Part shown: positions 1-15,400 of the stretch, in pieces
Layout of the letters: every line of letters starts with the position of its first letter
Position numbering within the stretch: the stretch's first letter is position 1
Origin: Eledone cirrhosa
Lineage: Eukaryota
Direction: 5' to 3'
Assembly: GCA_964016885.1 (NCBI GenBank)
Contig: OZ024743.1
Coordinates: 18,228,001-18,292,000 of the forward strand
DNA: 64,000 nucleotides
Notes under the pieces: generated by a model
Databases searched by the model: none
Seen by the model: the letters and a program-made list of their open reading frames with translations, nothing else
Told to the model about the DNA's origin: nothing
Translations under genes and position numbers: made by a program

Positions 1-374
1 AGAGACTCACTCAGATGGTGGATGGGTGCTACACGAGAATGCTGAGGATGGCTCTGAACATTAATTAGTATACACTGAGGATGAAAAACTCAGAGCTGTA
101 TGGGAGCATCCCAAAAGTCAGCTCAAAAGTGACACAGAGGAGACTGAGGTTGGCTGGACACGCTCACCGACATCCAGAGTTGACATTGCACTCAGTGCTC
201 CTTTGGGAGCCCCTACATGGACACACTAGAAGAGGAAGACCAAGGTTAACATATGTTGATGCCCTAAGGACAGACACTGGTCTGTTGGAGATGCAGGATA
301 TGGCAGCGATAATGAGGGACAGAGACCACTGGAAAGAACTCGTCCATGGATCTCGGGAATTTTACCCGCCTTAG
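1..374 (+). mobile_element. 3' end of an RTE-group (RTE-X-like) LINE, running off the window start
   Basis: Translation DGCYTRMLRMAL...RRLRLAGHAHRH...LLWEP.HG...RGRPRLTYVD matches the typical RTE-group ORF2 C-terminus; one in-frame stop near position 68. Confidence 0.85.
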
Positions 375-384
375 ATAGATATAT

Positions 385-548
385 ACGTAGGTACGGGTTG
401 AGTCGCGGATAACCACAGTAAATAAGGTATTCAATACATGGCAGAGTAAACATTTTTTTTATTTTATAGAAGGAGCTTCTACAGGACAAGTACTGTTTCA
501 TTCAGATGAAATCTTCAGGAAGCTGGGTGTCATATTAAGTTCTGGTAT
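385..548 (-). mobile_element. Solo PLE terminal-repeat (pLTR) fragment, family A
   Basis: Clearly similar to 9568-9707, 53593-53760 and 60003-60191; followed by (TA)n. Confidence 0.8.
474..524 (-). ncRNA. Type I hammerhead ribozyme (family A)
   Basis: Reverse complement reads agcttc-CTGAAGA-T-ttc-atct-gaa-T-GAAA-cag-tacttgtc-ctg-TA-gaagct: 6-bp stem I, intact core, stem III ACAG/CTGT, GUA cleavage triplet. Confidence 0.8.
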
Positions 549-551
549 TTA

Positions 552-585
<34 letters not shown>

Positions 586-586
586 A

Positions 587-665
<79 letters not shown>

Positions 666-734
666 TATGGAATAAACATTTGTCAGCAAATAAATGTTCT
701 AAACTAAAATTTGATCGTTTTAATACTTTGTACG

Positions 735-823
735 ATATATAACGAAGGAAGTGTGGTAAGGAATCGAGTTCAGATCTAGCTGTTGAAACAGCCGGAACTC
801 AGCCGTTGGGGTCATGGCTCTTT

Positions 824-881
<58 letters not shown>

Positions 882-993
882 ATGTATGACCCCGACAGTA
901 GAGCTCAAGCCGTTTCGACGGCTATTTCTGGACGAAATTAGAGTACTTTGGTGCGTTATGGTCCATTTAGTTCCTTACCACAATTCCTCTGTT

Positions 994-995
<2 letters not shown>
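735..995. repeat. Two short fragments of a dispersed hairpin repeat family (family B), separated by (TA)n
   Basis: accccgac...gagctcaagccgtttcgacggctatttctgga and ttccttaccaca motifs recur at 46427-46612 and 60213-60280, partly at 7786-7826. Confidence 0.7.
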
Positions 996-1088
<93 letters not shown>

Positions 1089-1506
1089 ACGATTGAGGGA
1101 GAGAGAACGATAGAGAAAGAGAGAACGAAAGAGAAAGATAGAGAGAGAGAGACATATGCATATATCAACAGAGAGATTGATATATAATGTATGGATCCTG
1201 AGGTTCTATGATAGCTCAACGAGAGAATTAAAGTTCAACATCCAATAGCCTGACAGCTTGCGTACTGCCTATGTCATAAAAACCACACATTTAATATTTT
1301 GCAGAGAAGAATATAACCAGGATAACATCAGAGAGCCAGAATAAGTATTATTCTTACCTAGCCACTACGTTTTTATAAGGCTTATATTATTCCATTTCAT
1401 GCCAGAAAAATTATCAGAATTCAACGTCCATTAACATCGGTCTATGATGTAACAAAGAACCAGCCATAATCAATAGGAAATATATATTTACATAAAAATA
1501 TCAGAC

Positions 1507-1667
1507 CTCAATAACTAAATTACTAACACCAGGCATCATAAAACAATTACTCTATTTTGAATAACAGACACACGCACGAAAAAAACCTTGTACATACTGG
1601 TGCATGTATTTAGAAATAGAGTAATGATTTAATGATACCTGGTGTTAGTAATTTGGTAATTGAGGTC
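1507..1667. repeat. Imperfect inverted repeat, ~52-bp arms
   Basis: gacctcaataactaaattactaacaccagg...tactctattt versus aaatagagta...cctggtgttagtaatttggtaattgaggtc. Confidence 0.75.
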
Positions 1668-2194
1668 ACTATTATTGAACGCGTCATCGATCACCATTAA
1701 TCAGCACTCTCAATATATCTAATCTCATGTAGCCTGGGAGACTTTATAGAACACTGATAATAATTTTTAATCTAGGATTTGCAGTTTTCTACATCTTTAT
1801 CGCCTAGAATTAACACCGAGTAAATGTTTAGTAATGATGTTCTATTGTTAAAATCAGTTCATTTATGTGATTGCCACAATAATTTCTTTCTCAATTCATA
1901 TTAATTTATTGAGAAATTAGCACGTTATATATTTTATCTTAAAATCATTGCTCTTGTTTTAGTTAAAAATGTATGTGAAGGTTTTTCTGCTTCGTCCCTG
2001 TCCATGTATACTTGTGTGGAGTTCTGTCTGACACAAGACGAAAATCTATCTATTAAAATAGAATATTACAATTGAAATTCGATACCAAGATACCATGATA
2101 TTGACATATTTTATAGTGTATAATTCCTAAAGCAGAACTTATGTCTTATATCGTCTGTGAAGATGTGTGCACAAATGCAAACATGTGTATGTAT

Positions 2195-2256
<62 letters not shown>

Positions 2257-3399
2257 GTCATTGTGTGTATGCTTGTTTGTGTCTGTCGGTGTGAGTGAGA
2301 GCGTGTATGGTTATACATGTATATGTGGGTCTGTCCTTGTGCATGTATTTGGGATTTAGTGTACTTGTCTGCGTATGGGATTTCATATAACATAAATAGA
2401 AGAAATAACAGAATATGATGAGTATTTTATTCTGTGGACATTTATTCTTTAATTATCAAATCTATACAGTCTCATTTAGCGATAAAGTGACATATGTGAT
2501 CAGAATTGTCTAACGGTTATATTTAATAATAGCAAAGCTCTATAATACTTTGGAATATATCTAAGGTAAGGAAGGCGGGTTTATACAAAATATGATGAAA
2601 TCAAATCAAATCAAATTTCGATATACGTATCAAGACATCAAACAGAATGAATTGTCAAACTCAATCTCTACTCTTTGCGTTCAAATCTCGCAGTGATAAA
2701 ATATATTTTTTTTATTTTTTCACGTTTAACAAATGAATTTTAGGACTCTTCATCAATATCGCTTTCTAAAATCACTCTCAATCTCATTGTCTCCATGTTT
2801 CGAGGAAATCAGTTTTGTTCAGAGCTGTTTTCAAACGAACAAGAAATAAATGATATCATGACTGTGCTGCTACAAAACCACGAGTGGGTACGGTTTCGAA
2901 AGCCATAAACCGATCTTTGGGAGCTGAACGTTTTCACTCGGCACTCAAAGATTATAGAGGCCACTTTTGACAGATTTGACAGTCAATCGAGAGCTAGTAC
3001 CAACTTGTGAGCCGTGTTTTGGTAGTGTTGTTGAGAACAAACAGGAACAATTGGCCGCATATTAACAATCCTTGGCCGTAAATGTAGGTCAAGGTTTTCT
3101 AAAAGGTGTTATAAAAGAGATTGGGACATGTCATCTGTGTTATGATAGGGAAAGCTCAGTTATGAGCAGCATAACGAACTGCTTAATCTAGGACAACATA
3201 CACCTTTCGCCATATATCATTCAGTGAGTAGGTAAGAAAGCTTTTATAGTTGTGTCCACCTAATAATATTAATATAAATCTTCCGATAGGGTCAAATAAA
3301 GGCACTTAGAGGTTACCGTATAGACAATCGATCTTTAACCGAAATCAGGTGCTGAAATCATGCAATGCACTTCAGATTTTGAATACAGATTACTTGCCC

Positions 3400-4050
3400 T
3401 CCTATCGAAAATATTGTGTACAATGGTCGCGGTATATGGAAAGGATATCACCGGGAATACAGTCTCTGTCGCCTAACATTCAAATTTCTTTGTGTTTTGT
3501 TTGGTCAATATTTCCAGGGGGAGTAGAACATGGATGAGGTGCCCTGAAATAAGGTGACTTACACTCTGATATGACCTGAGAAGAAAGCCTTATCCGGAAT
3601 ATTCTAGAAGAGGTAATGAAATCCAACATCACATACAACATATATTATCTCCTGATCATTGTATCTTACCCCTGTTCATGGCCGTCCAAATTTGAGCGTC
3701 TTTTTTTTTTCTAATTGAGGAGACGCCTACTACACCTCTGTCACACTTGTTGCGTAGCATATTATGAACGCAGAGGCTGATGAGAGGTGGAAATGTTTTG
3801 AAGCTTATATATCTTCAGAGTGTCCTTGATGCTGAAATATTGTTTCAAATTTATCTTGCTTAGCTTGTCTCAGGGACAGATTTGCATAACTGTACGAACA
3901 AATATTGAGAATAGAATTTGCCAAATGAAATTTCGTCAAGCACCCAAAGCCTTTCGTTAGTTGTGCAGTGTTCGGTGCATATTTTCATGTGGTGTTTTAT
4001 AAAATATTATTTGCTGTTAAACTGAAGACCTCTAAAAAACTCTCGGCGTT
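3400..4050 (-). mobile_element. Possible highly decayed Tc1/mariner transposase relic
   Basis: Only faint WVPHEL-like (WVLDE) and PHPxYSP-like traces on the minus strand; no ORF. Confidence 0.25.
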
Positions 4051-4261
4051 CACGAAAAGAAACTGGCTGCTTTGTCTTCGAGGCTTTTCTGTCCAGGTAC
4101 AACAGAGAACTTCGAAAAGAAACTGGCCTGGTAATGGAAAAAATCAAAAGGAAGGAGACACACAGTTAGCTTAAGAAAAGTTGTATATCAACTTGAAGTT
4201 TTACTTAGAATGGCATTTTTTATGTAGGGGAAATGCTATTTTGAAAAGTTGATGAGAGTGG

Positions 4262-4690
4262 TTAGCATTCTAGGGCGTATAAAATTTCCCATATCCATGG
4301 ACGAGTTCTCTCCAGCGGTCTTTGTCCCTCATTATCGCTGCCATGTATTGCTTCTCCAACACACCTGTGTTTCATCCTTTCAACCACATCATCTTTCGTA
4401 TACCCAATATTTGCTCCCAAATACAGGAAGTCCTCAACCAATTCTAGCGGCTTCCCGCCTACATTATTGATCCCCTCTGGCTTCTCAACATTCTCTACCA
4501 GATATTTTGTTTTAGTCTCATTCATTCTCTGCCCCACACTCAACCTCCTGCATCAAATCCTCTGCCTCCTTCACTATATTTGTCACCAAAACTATGTCAT
4601 CGGCAAATTAAGCATCCGATATCTTTTTCGCCTTAACTATCCTGCTCTGAACCGGGGCTACAGTAAAGCCAGAGTCCTGGTGTTTCTCCA
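4262..4690 (-). mobile_element. RTE-group LINE RT fragment (FADD motif and downstream)
   Basis: Minus translation gives ...FADDIVLVTN...NETKTKYL...LELVEDFLYLGANI, with stops and frameshifts. Confidence 0.85.
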
Positions 4691-5100
4691 GTGCAAGGTG
4701 CATACAACAGGATGATTCTGAACAGGATCCAGCCTGAGATGGAAAAGAAGCTCAGGGAATATCAGAACGGCTTCAGAGTGGGAAGATCAACCACCAGTCA
4801 CATCCTCATGTTGAGGAGGATATTAGAGGGAGCTAGAGCAAAGTGCCTTCCGGCGGTCATGGTTTTCATTGAATTTAGGAAAGCATTTGATTTTGTGGAC
4901 CGCCACGGCCTGATGAAGATCTTACATGCTTATGGAATCCCTAAGAAGATGGAAGACGTGATATCACTGCTCTACACCAACACCACCGCCGAAGTCATTA
5001 CACATGATGGGATGACAGAATTCTTTGAGATACTGGCTGGGGTGCTCCAGGGAGATACATTGGCTCCCTACCTTTTTTATCATCGTAGTTGACTATTGTG
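4691..5100 (+). mobile_element. RTE-group LINE RT fragment (upstream RT motifs), inverted relative to 4262-4690
   Basis: QNGFRVGRSTTSHI...F.EFRKAFD...GVLQGDTLAPYLF are non-LTR RT motifs. Confidence 0.9.
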
Positions 5101-5802
5101 GTAAGCATTGTCCGAGCTAAAGTCCTTCTCCTTGTGTGCACCTGTTTATTGGAGGAAAACAACTGGCTGAGCCAGGCCTTAGTATGTATCGTTCTTCACA
5201 CCTACTGGATAATTGTTCTTTGTTCTATTTTCCTTTTGTTGTTTCTCCTTTTAAGACGTGTTTATGTAAGCTCATGTTGTATCAAATTATATCACCTCAT
5301 ATCGCTTTTCGTAATTGCGTGTTGTTAATAATGAAATCATTATTATTGTTAGCTGATTTGTACAACTGTCACAATCTAGATAATTAGTATTCATTGAGGT
5401 TGACGACATAACATTTAATATGCTAGTAATTTAATCGTACGTGTCTGTGAAATTTGAGAAATAGTACGTATAAATACATCATGCAGAGAACGTAACCTGA
5501 AATAAAAATTGGCAATGAGAGTAGGATCTTCAGACAAGTCACGGGTGATAATCGTTTTAAAGGATAGAGCAAAAGTAAAATTATCTATAAAAAAGGTGTC
5601 GTTAAACTAGATGTATAATATATACATTTCGGAAGAAAATGTTTATTGCTATGTGAGATTTGCAACGCGGATTGAAGTTATGTCGATGCGTTACGTTTGT
5701 GCAGATATATAAGATTTCCAATAGGACATATACAAATGTGAGAGAAGGCTATCATAATAAAACGTTACACGTTACACATACATACATACATACATAATAC
5801 TT

Positions 5803-5899
<97 letters not shown>

Positions 5900-7027
5900 T
5901 ATATATATATATGCACATAAAAAGGCAGAAAGGTGCAGATATGCAGCAACATAGAGAGGAGGGGGGAGATCAATAACGGTATTTTAGTATATATGCTTAA
6001 TACTATTCGATTGTGTATGTGCCTTCACACGTCCCTAGTAAGTTATAATTACATAGTCGCTTACATAGAATGTGTATGCATGTATTTATATACATATGTA
6101 CATGCTTCCTGAGATAGCCTTCCGTACATAAATATGCACATACATACATACGTACATACCTACACGCATACATGCATTCGTGCATACATACATATACCCT
6201 CTGAACGCTTTTTTGTTTCTACATAAAATGTATATATCATTCACATTAGAGGTATTCTTCTTTGCATTACATGATATATGCATCTGATCTTCTGATTTTC
6301 TGATTTTCCTCCACATCATGATTTTCCTAACGGCAGATTATTGGGAAACAATTTTCCTATTCCTATCATTTTCAAATGCAAACCTGAAAAAAATACTGAG
6401 ATTTTATTGTGTACGCTAATGTGTATTCTTACTAAAATCATCACGTTCTGTCAGAGAGTTTCCTCTTCATGCTAACTATATTAGCTCAAACAACACAACG
6501 TTCAAAGACGTAGTTTGAATCATGAAACAAGAAAACAAAAATAATATCAGAACATAAATTGTAAAGGTAGAACCAGAGACCTGTGAATAATATACATAGT
6601 TATTTTCAGTCCAAAATATTTCCAATGAAGAAAAGTGAACCAGAGATCTGTACTAAGATTTGTGATATATTTTATAATTTATATATCCTCTATACACAGG
6701 AACATATATAGAGATACGCACACTCATAAAGAAAAACGTATTAGGACTATGAAATGCAGAAAAAGTTGATAATTTTATGAGAATTTCATTGCGATGCAGT
6801 AGTATACAATCAACCCTATCAAGGATCGAATTGAGAATTTGGAAACCAAACTAAAATCGGACATTGAGTATGTATTTTCAGTGTATATCTACAAAAACAC
6901 TTCATTCAATGGCAATCATATAACAACTGAACCATCGTTTTAATAGATATGCGAACATTTCTCTCTCCCTCTCTCTCTATATATATATATATATATTTTT
7001 TTTTTATTTTTTTAGTATATGTTCGGA

Positions 7028-7082
7028 CTGTCTGAAGAGGTCACAGGCAATAATTTTTGTCACCGAAATATATATATAGCAT
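7028..7082 (+). ncRNA. Degenerate type I hammerhead motif
   Basis: tgt-CTGAAGA-ggtcacag...ttgtcacc-GAAA-tatatata-TA-gca; long imperfect stem II, weak stem I. Confidence 0.5.
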
Positions 7083-7698
7083 TATATCTATGATTTATAA
7101 TAAACGAAGCCGAATTTTACATATTTTACAAATTATTTGTTGAGCATAACTTGCCGAAATTACTACTGTGATTAATAGTAGTGACTAGGCTCTGTCCTAA
7201 TAGCACCCCCACTCCTGGCTGATTAACCTCAGTGTCACGTGATTGATTCTTTTGAATTTGCCACTTGACCAAGTAGGCAGTGAATCTTTCAATGTCTTGG
7301 AATCTAGCCCCCGCTCGCTTTTTTCCATCCACTGAATTATTTTTAGATAAGTTCCCAGTGTCCCCGCATTGCCTGGAAGCTTAGCTGAGAATAGACTCGC
7401 TGAAGACGTAAGTCTTCTCTATGGATACGCTCCGTAACCATATTTATCCCCTTACAGAAACTAATTAGTTGGAGTGAAATGTTAGTAAGTAAATCAATTT
7501 TCATAACTTTCTTATTTACGTCTTTCATATAATTGTTCAGCATCCCCTTGCATAGAACCACAAAGTTACTAAGACAAAACATAAATATTTGCTAACGTAG
7601 TTATGCATCTCTATACATATGTTGGTAGATATACTAATTCTCTATATATATATATATATACATATATACACACACACACATATATATATACATATATA

Positions 7699-7776
<78 letters not shown>

Positions 7777-8365
7777 AAATAGTAGGACGGGTAATTCTGG
7801 AGTCCAGAATTAGCCGTCGAAACGGTTTTATATATATATAAAAAATGAGAAGAAAGAAGAATACTGCGTGGTTGCACATGGTTACATATGATAAAAATAG
7901 TCCTTCGTCAGTGATTTTCCAACCATCATTGATATTTCATCGCATTAAAAATCATATACCTCAGGTTGTTGCGAGCAATAACTAAAAAGGTTATTGGGAC
8001 CAGTAAATCGCGTAAAGCGAGGGGGACAAGTAAACAACATAGAAAGATAAAAGCAAACCAAAGATAGGAACAAACAAGCAACATGGTTGTCCGGTCAGCG
8101 TAAGCTGGGTAGATTTCATTAGCGAAAGGTACAGACCGTCCGACGTGAGTGAGATGTAAGCAAGAAGAGACCCCCTGTAAGCCAAACGGGAGGAAGTGAG
8201 AAGGCGAGAAACAGAGAGTGAGTGAGTGGAAGTGCGCGGAAGCGGTCAGTCGAGAGAAAGTGTAACTGACAGAGAGGGCGAAAGAAGGTGAGAGAATCAG
8301 AGAGAACGGAGAAGCAGTCAAACGCAGCCGAGGTAAATATATATAAAAACATGAGAAGAAAGAAC

Positions 8366-8422
<57 letters not shown>

Positions 8423-8424
8423 TA

Positions 8425-8474
<50 letters not shown>

Positions 8475-8594
8475 TATATATGTATATATATATATAATTA
8501 ATTAAAATGTTAACAAGGTTCAATGAATTCATCAATGAATAAAGTTTCACAATAGATTATAAGCACTCTACAGTGGTTTTCTGGAGTTATTAAT

Positions 8595-9566
<972 letters not shown>

Positions 9567-9649
9567 CGTTATTCCGGGTTGAATCGGAGGTAACCACAGT
9601 AAGTAAGGTACTCAATACATAGCAGAGTATAACAGTTTTAATATAGATG

Positions 9650-9700
9650 AGGTTCTACAGGACTAGAACTGTTTCATTCATTAGAAATCATCAGGAATCT
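9650..9700 (-). ncRNA. Type I hammerhead ribozyme in the inverted 5' pLTR (family A)
   Basis: Reverse complement: agattc-CTGATGA-T-ttc-taat-gaa-T-GAAA-cag-ttctagtc-ctg-TA-gaacct. Confidence 0.75.
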
Positions 9701-9708
9701 GGGTATCA

Positions 9709-11181
9709 CCACTTCCACTCTGGAGTAGAACATCTGAGGCAATATCATGGTTCCGAGAATTACCCGATAAACACCACACTCGCTTCCTGCAACTCGACAT
9801 AGAAAACTACTATGCCTCTATCTCGGAGCCCCTCCTGAAGGACGCAATTAACTTTGCCAGGAATTTTACCACCATTACCGATGCCGAGCAAGTTATTATC
9901 CTCCACGCTCGTAAGACCTTTCTATACCACGATGGATCTTACTGGATCAACAAGAAATCTCAGACCCCATTTGACGTTAGCATGGGGGCGAGTGACTCGG
10001 CTGAAATTAGCGACCTTGTGGGCCTGTACATCCTACATAACCTGAAGAACCTCTTTACCGGCCTAACTGGAGGTTTATACCGAGACGACGGCCTCTTCGC
10101 CCTGCATAAGGTTAGCCCCAGAACCACCGATGGGTTTCGGAAAAACTTAAGCTCTTTCTTCTCTAATCTAGGATTTAGTATAAATATAGATTCTAATTTG
10201 ACTAGGGCCAACTTCTTAGATGTCACTCTCGACCTAGATACTTCCCTCTATTACCCGTACCACAAACCTAATGAGTCCCTTAAATATATTAATGTTAATT
10301 CAAACCACCCCCAAAACATTACTGATAACCTAGTAAAAAGCGTCTCTATTAGAATATCTGGCCTCTCCGCCAACAAAGATATTTTTAATGCATCTGCCTC
10401 CTACTACAATGACGCCCTAGCCCGTAGCGGATTTAAAGATAAGATAACTTACCTAGAAACCACCGCAAAATTGCAGAGGAGGAATAGACATAGGCAGATT
10501 AGCTGGTACAACCCTCCCTTCAATAGAGAGGTATCTACTCCGATAGCTAGGATTTTCTTCACTTTACTGAAATTACACTTCCCCATACAACATAGGTACT
10601 ACACCATCTTTAATAAGAACACTATAAGACTTTCTTACTCCACCACACCTAACCTAGCTAGGAATATAGCCAACCACAACTCTAAACTAAATAAGCCAAC
10701 CACCTCCGAAACCAATCCCCGGACTGGGGCTCTATGTAATTGCCTAAATAAGGAAGCATGCCCACTAGAAAACAAATGCCTCACAAATGACATCGTATAC
10801 AAATGCGATGTCATCTCGGGCACCGAGGATTGCAAAAAAACTTACATCGGCATGACCTCCAACACCTTTAAGACCCTCTGGTATGCCCATACCCACTCCT
10901 TCAGAAGACCGGATAAATCAAATCAAACAACACTCGCCTCCTACGTTTGGGACCTCAAAAGGAACTCCACCCCCTTCACGCTTAATTGGAAAATACTCCA
11001 GAAAGCGCGCTCTTACAACGGAGGACACAAGGGCTGCGACCTTTGTATTTCAGAGAGCTACGAAATTTTATTCGCCAAGGGCCCGCTACTGAACAAACTC
11101 TCTGAACACTGCCCGAACTGCATGCACAAGAACTTTGCAACATTCAAACACTTTAAGCCAGTGTTAAAGCCCGATGGCTAA
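9709..11181 (+). CDS. PLE reverse transcriptase (partial) plus GIY-YIG endonuclease, uninterrupted frame, N-terminus truncated
   Basis: Frame is open upstream of the track ORF (FLQLDIENYYASI). Motifs: MGASDSAEISDLVGL, YRDD, FLDV, CNC..CPL..CL linker, IVYKC...TYIGMT, CDLC..E. Confidence 0.9.
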   Translation, partial: PLPLWSRTSEAISWFRELPDKHHTRFLQLDIENYYASISEPLLKDAINFARNFTTITDAEQVIILHARKTFLYHDGSYWINKKSQTPFDVSMGASDSAEISDLVGLYILHNLKNLFTGLTGGLYRDDGLFALHKVSPRTTDGFRKNLSSFFSNLGFSINIDSNLTRANFLDVTLDLDTSLYYPYHKPNESLKYINVNSNHPQNITDNLVKSVSIRISGLSANKDIFNASASYYNDALARSGFKDKITYLETTAKLQRRNRHRQISWYNPPFNREVSTPIARIFFTLLKLHFPIQHRYYTIFNKNTIRLSYSTTPNLARNIANHNSKLNKPTTSETNPRTGALCNCLNKEACPLENKCLTNDIVYKCDVISGTEDCKKTYIGMTSNTFKTLWYAHTHSFRRPDKSNQTTLASYVWDLKRNSTPFTLNWKILQKARSYNGGHKGCDLCISESYEILFAKGPLLNKLSEHCPNCMHKNFATFKHFKPVLKPDG

Positions 11182-11329
11182 AAACGACCTCCCCCTACTG
11201 GCCCCTATACCTCCTCCCCACCCTACCCCCACCCCTCCTCAACCTGAAATACGGCCACTATGGTCATGTGAGTACCTCTTTCGTATCTACATTTTCTGCC
11301 TGTAGAGGTGTCTTTATGTGCCTGTGTAT

Positions 11330-11399
11330 ATGCGTATATTTATTGAGTACCTATTTACTTGTATGTGTATATATTTGTTTGTATATGTGTATATGTGTA

Positions 11400-11459
<60 letters not shown>

Positions 11460-11612
11460 TATATGTGTATATATATATATATGTATATATGTATATATAT
11501 ATGTTTGTGTGTATATGTGTTTTATGTGTGTATATTTATGTAGGTATATGTATGTATGTGTTTGTGTATATGTATGTATGTATGTATATGGGTATATATA
11601 TATATATATGTG

Positions 11613-11646
<34 letters not shown>

Positions 11647-11811
11647 TATGTATATGTATGTATATATACATATGTGTGTGTGTATATGTATATATATATA
11701 TATATATATTTATGTATGTGTATGTGTATATATATATGTTTGTGTGTATATGTGTTTTATGTGTGTATATTTTTGTATGTATATGTATGTATGTGTTTGT
11801 GTATATGTATG

Positions 11812-11871
<60 letters not shown>

Positions 11872-12102
11872 TGTGTGTATGTATGTGTATGTATGTATGT
11901 ATGTATACGTGTGTATGTGTGTGTGTATGTTTATGTATATGTCTGTGTATGTGTGTATGTATGTATGTGTGTATATGTGTGTATATATATATGTGTATAT
12001 GTATGTATATATATATATATATATATATGTGTATATATATATGTGTGTATGTATATATATATATATATGTATGCATGTATGTGTATGTATGTGTGTATGT
12101 AT

Positions 12103-12172
<70 letters not shown>

Positions 12173-12250
12173 GTATATATATATATATATGTGTGTATTT
12201 GTATATATGTATATGTATGTGTGTGTGTGTGTATGTATGTATGTGTGTGC

Positions 12251-12282
<32 letters not shown>

Positions 12283-12350
12283 TTATATGATTGTGTGGGC
12301 AGGTGCGTGTATATATGTATATATATGTATGTATATGTATATATATAATA
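11330..12350. repeat. Compound (TA)n/(TG)n/(TATG)n microsatellite inside the PLE 3' region
   Basis: Directly visible. Confidence 0.95.
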
Positions 12351-13020
12351 AATAAATAACAAAGAACGCTTATAGCATATGCATATCTTTACTTGCTAAC
12401 ATTGTTTCATCCACACTATAAGTGGGACTCATCAGAGCATAAAGGTTAAATTACATACCATACAAGCAATAACAAATCCAAGACATTGAAGAATGAAAGG
12501 TAATAATAGACTATAGAGGATAAGAATAAAACTAAAAGTGAAAATAAAAATAAAAATAAAATGAAAATAAGGGGTGCTATCTGTCACAGTTGGGCGGTGT
12601 GCTGTCAACATATAGTTACATACAAGCATACACATGGATAAGAGAACAGACAAGAGTAGACACATGGATAAGAGAACAGACAAGAGTAGATAAGATAATG
12701 GGATTAGGTAAGAGTAGGTAAAAAATAGGTAAAAAAATAGGTAAAAAATAGGTAAAAAATAGGTAAAAAACAGACTTATAATATATAGAAAAAGAAATAC
12801 AAAGAAATACATAACAAACTTACATATAAAATATAAAATATAGGGTAAGGAATGAGATAAAATAATATACAATTAAAAATTAAAAAATTATATACATAGA
12901 ACATAATATAGTATAATCGTAAAATAAGATAAAATAAGGTAAACTAAAATCAAATAACAAAGACTAAATTAAAATTAAAATCAAATGTGTAATTATAATT
13001 ATATGTATAATTAAATGTAA

Positions 13021-13061
<41 letters not shown>

Positions 13062-13169
13062 AAAATAAATAAAAATTAAAAATTAAAAATTAAAAATTAA
13101 AAATTAAATAAATAAATAAAATTTAAATTTAAATTTTAAAATTTTAAAATTAAAATCCAAATTTAGATA

Positions 13170-13200
<31 letters not shown>

Positions 13201-13290
13201 ATGGAGTCAAGTAAGTAAATAAATAAAATTAGATAACATGAAATGAAATAAAATAAAATGAAATAAAATGAAATAAAGTAAATTGAATAT

Positions 13291-13640
13291 ATCAGGGGCC
13301 CACGAAGGCACTAAATGTCACAGTTATGTGTATCACTTGACCAATTCTTCAAAATACATTTCCTGAAAACATCAGGGGCCCACGAAGGCACTAAGTGTCA
13401 CAGTCACCAATATCACTTGACCATTGCAAGGCAATGGAGGCGACCCAGGTTGGGCAGTCACGAAAGTTCACTCGAAAGTCATGGGTGTGCATTCACACAG
13501 TTGAGCGGTGGGGTAATCACAAACGGTTCACACACCAATTTTTTAAAAAATATATATTTCTTGAGAACATCAGGGGCCCACGAAGGCGCTAAGTGTCACA
13601 GTCACCAGTATCACTCGAGCGGTGGGGTAATCACAAACCG
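13291..13640. repeat. Three dispersed ~50-bp direct repeats plus two 22-bp repeats
   Basis: atcaggggcccacgaaggc.ctaa.tgtcacagt at 13291, 13371 and 13569; gagcggtggggtaatcacaaac at 13503 and 13617. Confidence 0.85.
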
Positions 13641-14229
13641 GTTCAACACAGGCAGGAGTCAAATGGTCAGAAAGGTGCATCAAAAGAGTTAGAAGAATTC
13701 ACATGCAAGCGTTAGGTTAAAGCAGGCAGGTACAGTTTTAGCGCATGCAAATACAAAATATAAAAGCCATTAAGTCACCGCGTTGGGACATCACAAGATT
13801 GTACACATCAATATGTTCAGTACGTATATGCACGTACACACATCACATGCACATGCAGAGACGGTATACATATATATATATATATATTTTTTAATATATA
13901 TACACACAGACACATATAACCACCTACACTCATACACATATAAATGTATACACGGGCACACACGCACACACGCACAGAGCGTAGGATACCCGGGTTAAAG
14001 TCGATATTAAATACGATATTAAATACAATATTAAATATTAAACACCGAAATACCACATTAGATCAGACCCACCACCACAGGTAATATATTCAAACAAATA
14101 CATACGATGAGATGTATTAAATACAGTTGAAATCCTACGGAGATATTCATGTCTGCACGTGCCATTGACCGATTCGAGTGTACTCGATAAGTGGAGTGTT
14201 ATACACCTCTGATCCTTTCCCTAGCATAC

Positions 14230-14271
<42 letters not shown>

Positions 14272-14321
14272 CATATGTATATATATGTATATATATGTGT
14301 ATGTGTGTGTATGTGTGTGTG

Positions 14322-14357
<36 letters not shown>

Positions 14358-14421
14358 CATGAGAGAGAGAGTGTGTGTGTATATATATTTTGTGTGTGGG
14401 TGTGTGTATGTGTGTATGCGC

Positions 14422-14487
<66 letters not shown>

Positions 14488-14498
14488 GTATGTGTATG

Positions 14499-14570
<72 letters not shown>

Positions 14571-14716
14571 CATGTATATATATATATATATGTATATATA
14601 TGTATATGTATGTGTATATGTATGTGTATGTATATATGTGTGTGTATATGTGCGTTATATGTCTGTATATATATGTGTATATTTATGTATAGGTCTGTGT
14701 ATGTATGTGTATGTAT

Positions 14717-14754
<38 letters not shown>

Positions 14755-14793
14755 TTGTATGTGTGTGTATAGAGATATATATATATATATATA

Positions 14794-14862
<69 letters not shown>

Positions 14863-15041
14863 ATGTATATGTATGTATATGTGTATGTATATGTATATAT
14901 ATATGTGTGTGTATGTGTGTGTGTATAGATATTTATACATATGTATACTCGTGTTTGTATGTATGCATGTGAGTCTATTTATTTGTGTACATATGTGTGT
15001 GTGTGTGTATGTATGTGTATGTCTGTGTGTGTGTGTATATA

Positions 15042-15084
<43 letters not shown>

Positions 15085-15193
15085 GTATGTATATATATAT
15101 ATATGTATATATATATGTGTGTGTGTGTATGTGTGTATATATATATATGTATATATATATATATGTATATGTTTGTATATATATGTATGTGTG

Positions 15194-15259
<66 letters not shown>

Positions 15260-15400
15260 CGTATGTATATGTGTATATGTATTTTATATATGTATGTATG
15301 TATGTATGTGTGTATGTATGTGTGTGTACATGAATATATATTTTTATATATATTTATATATTTTTTATATATGTGTGTGTGTTTTTTTGTTTTTCTGTTT
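14230..15400. repeat. Compound (TA)n/(TG)n microsatellite inside the PLE 3' region
   Basis: Directly visible. Confidence 0.95.

Noticed and set aside
7126-8350. Short ORFs in moderately complex sequence
   Set aside because: No recognisable motifs or convincing splice structure; probably unclassified repeat remnants.
9709-11181. Naiad-type selenoprotein PLE
   Set aside because: GIY-YIG is C-terminal, not N-terminal, and the open frames show no in-frame TGA.
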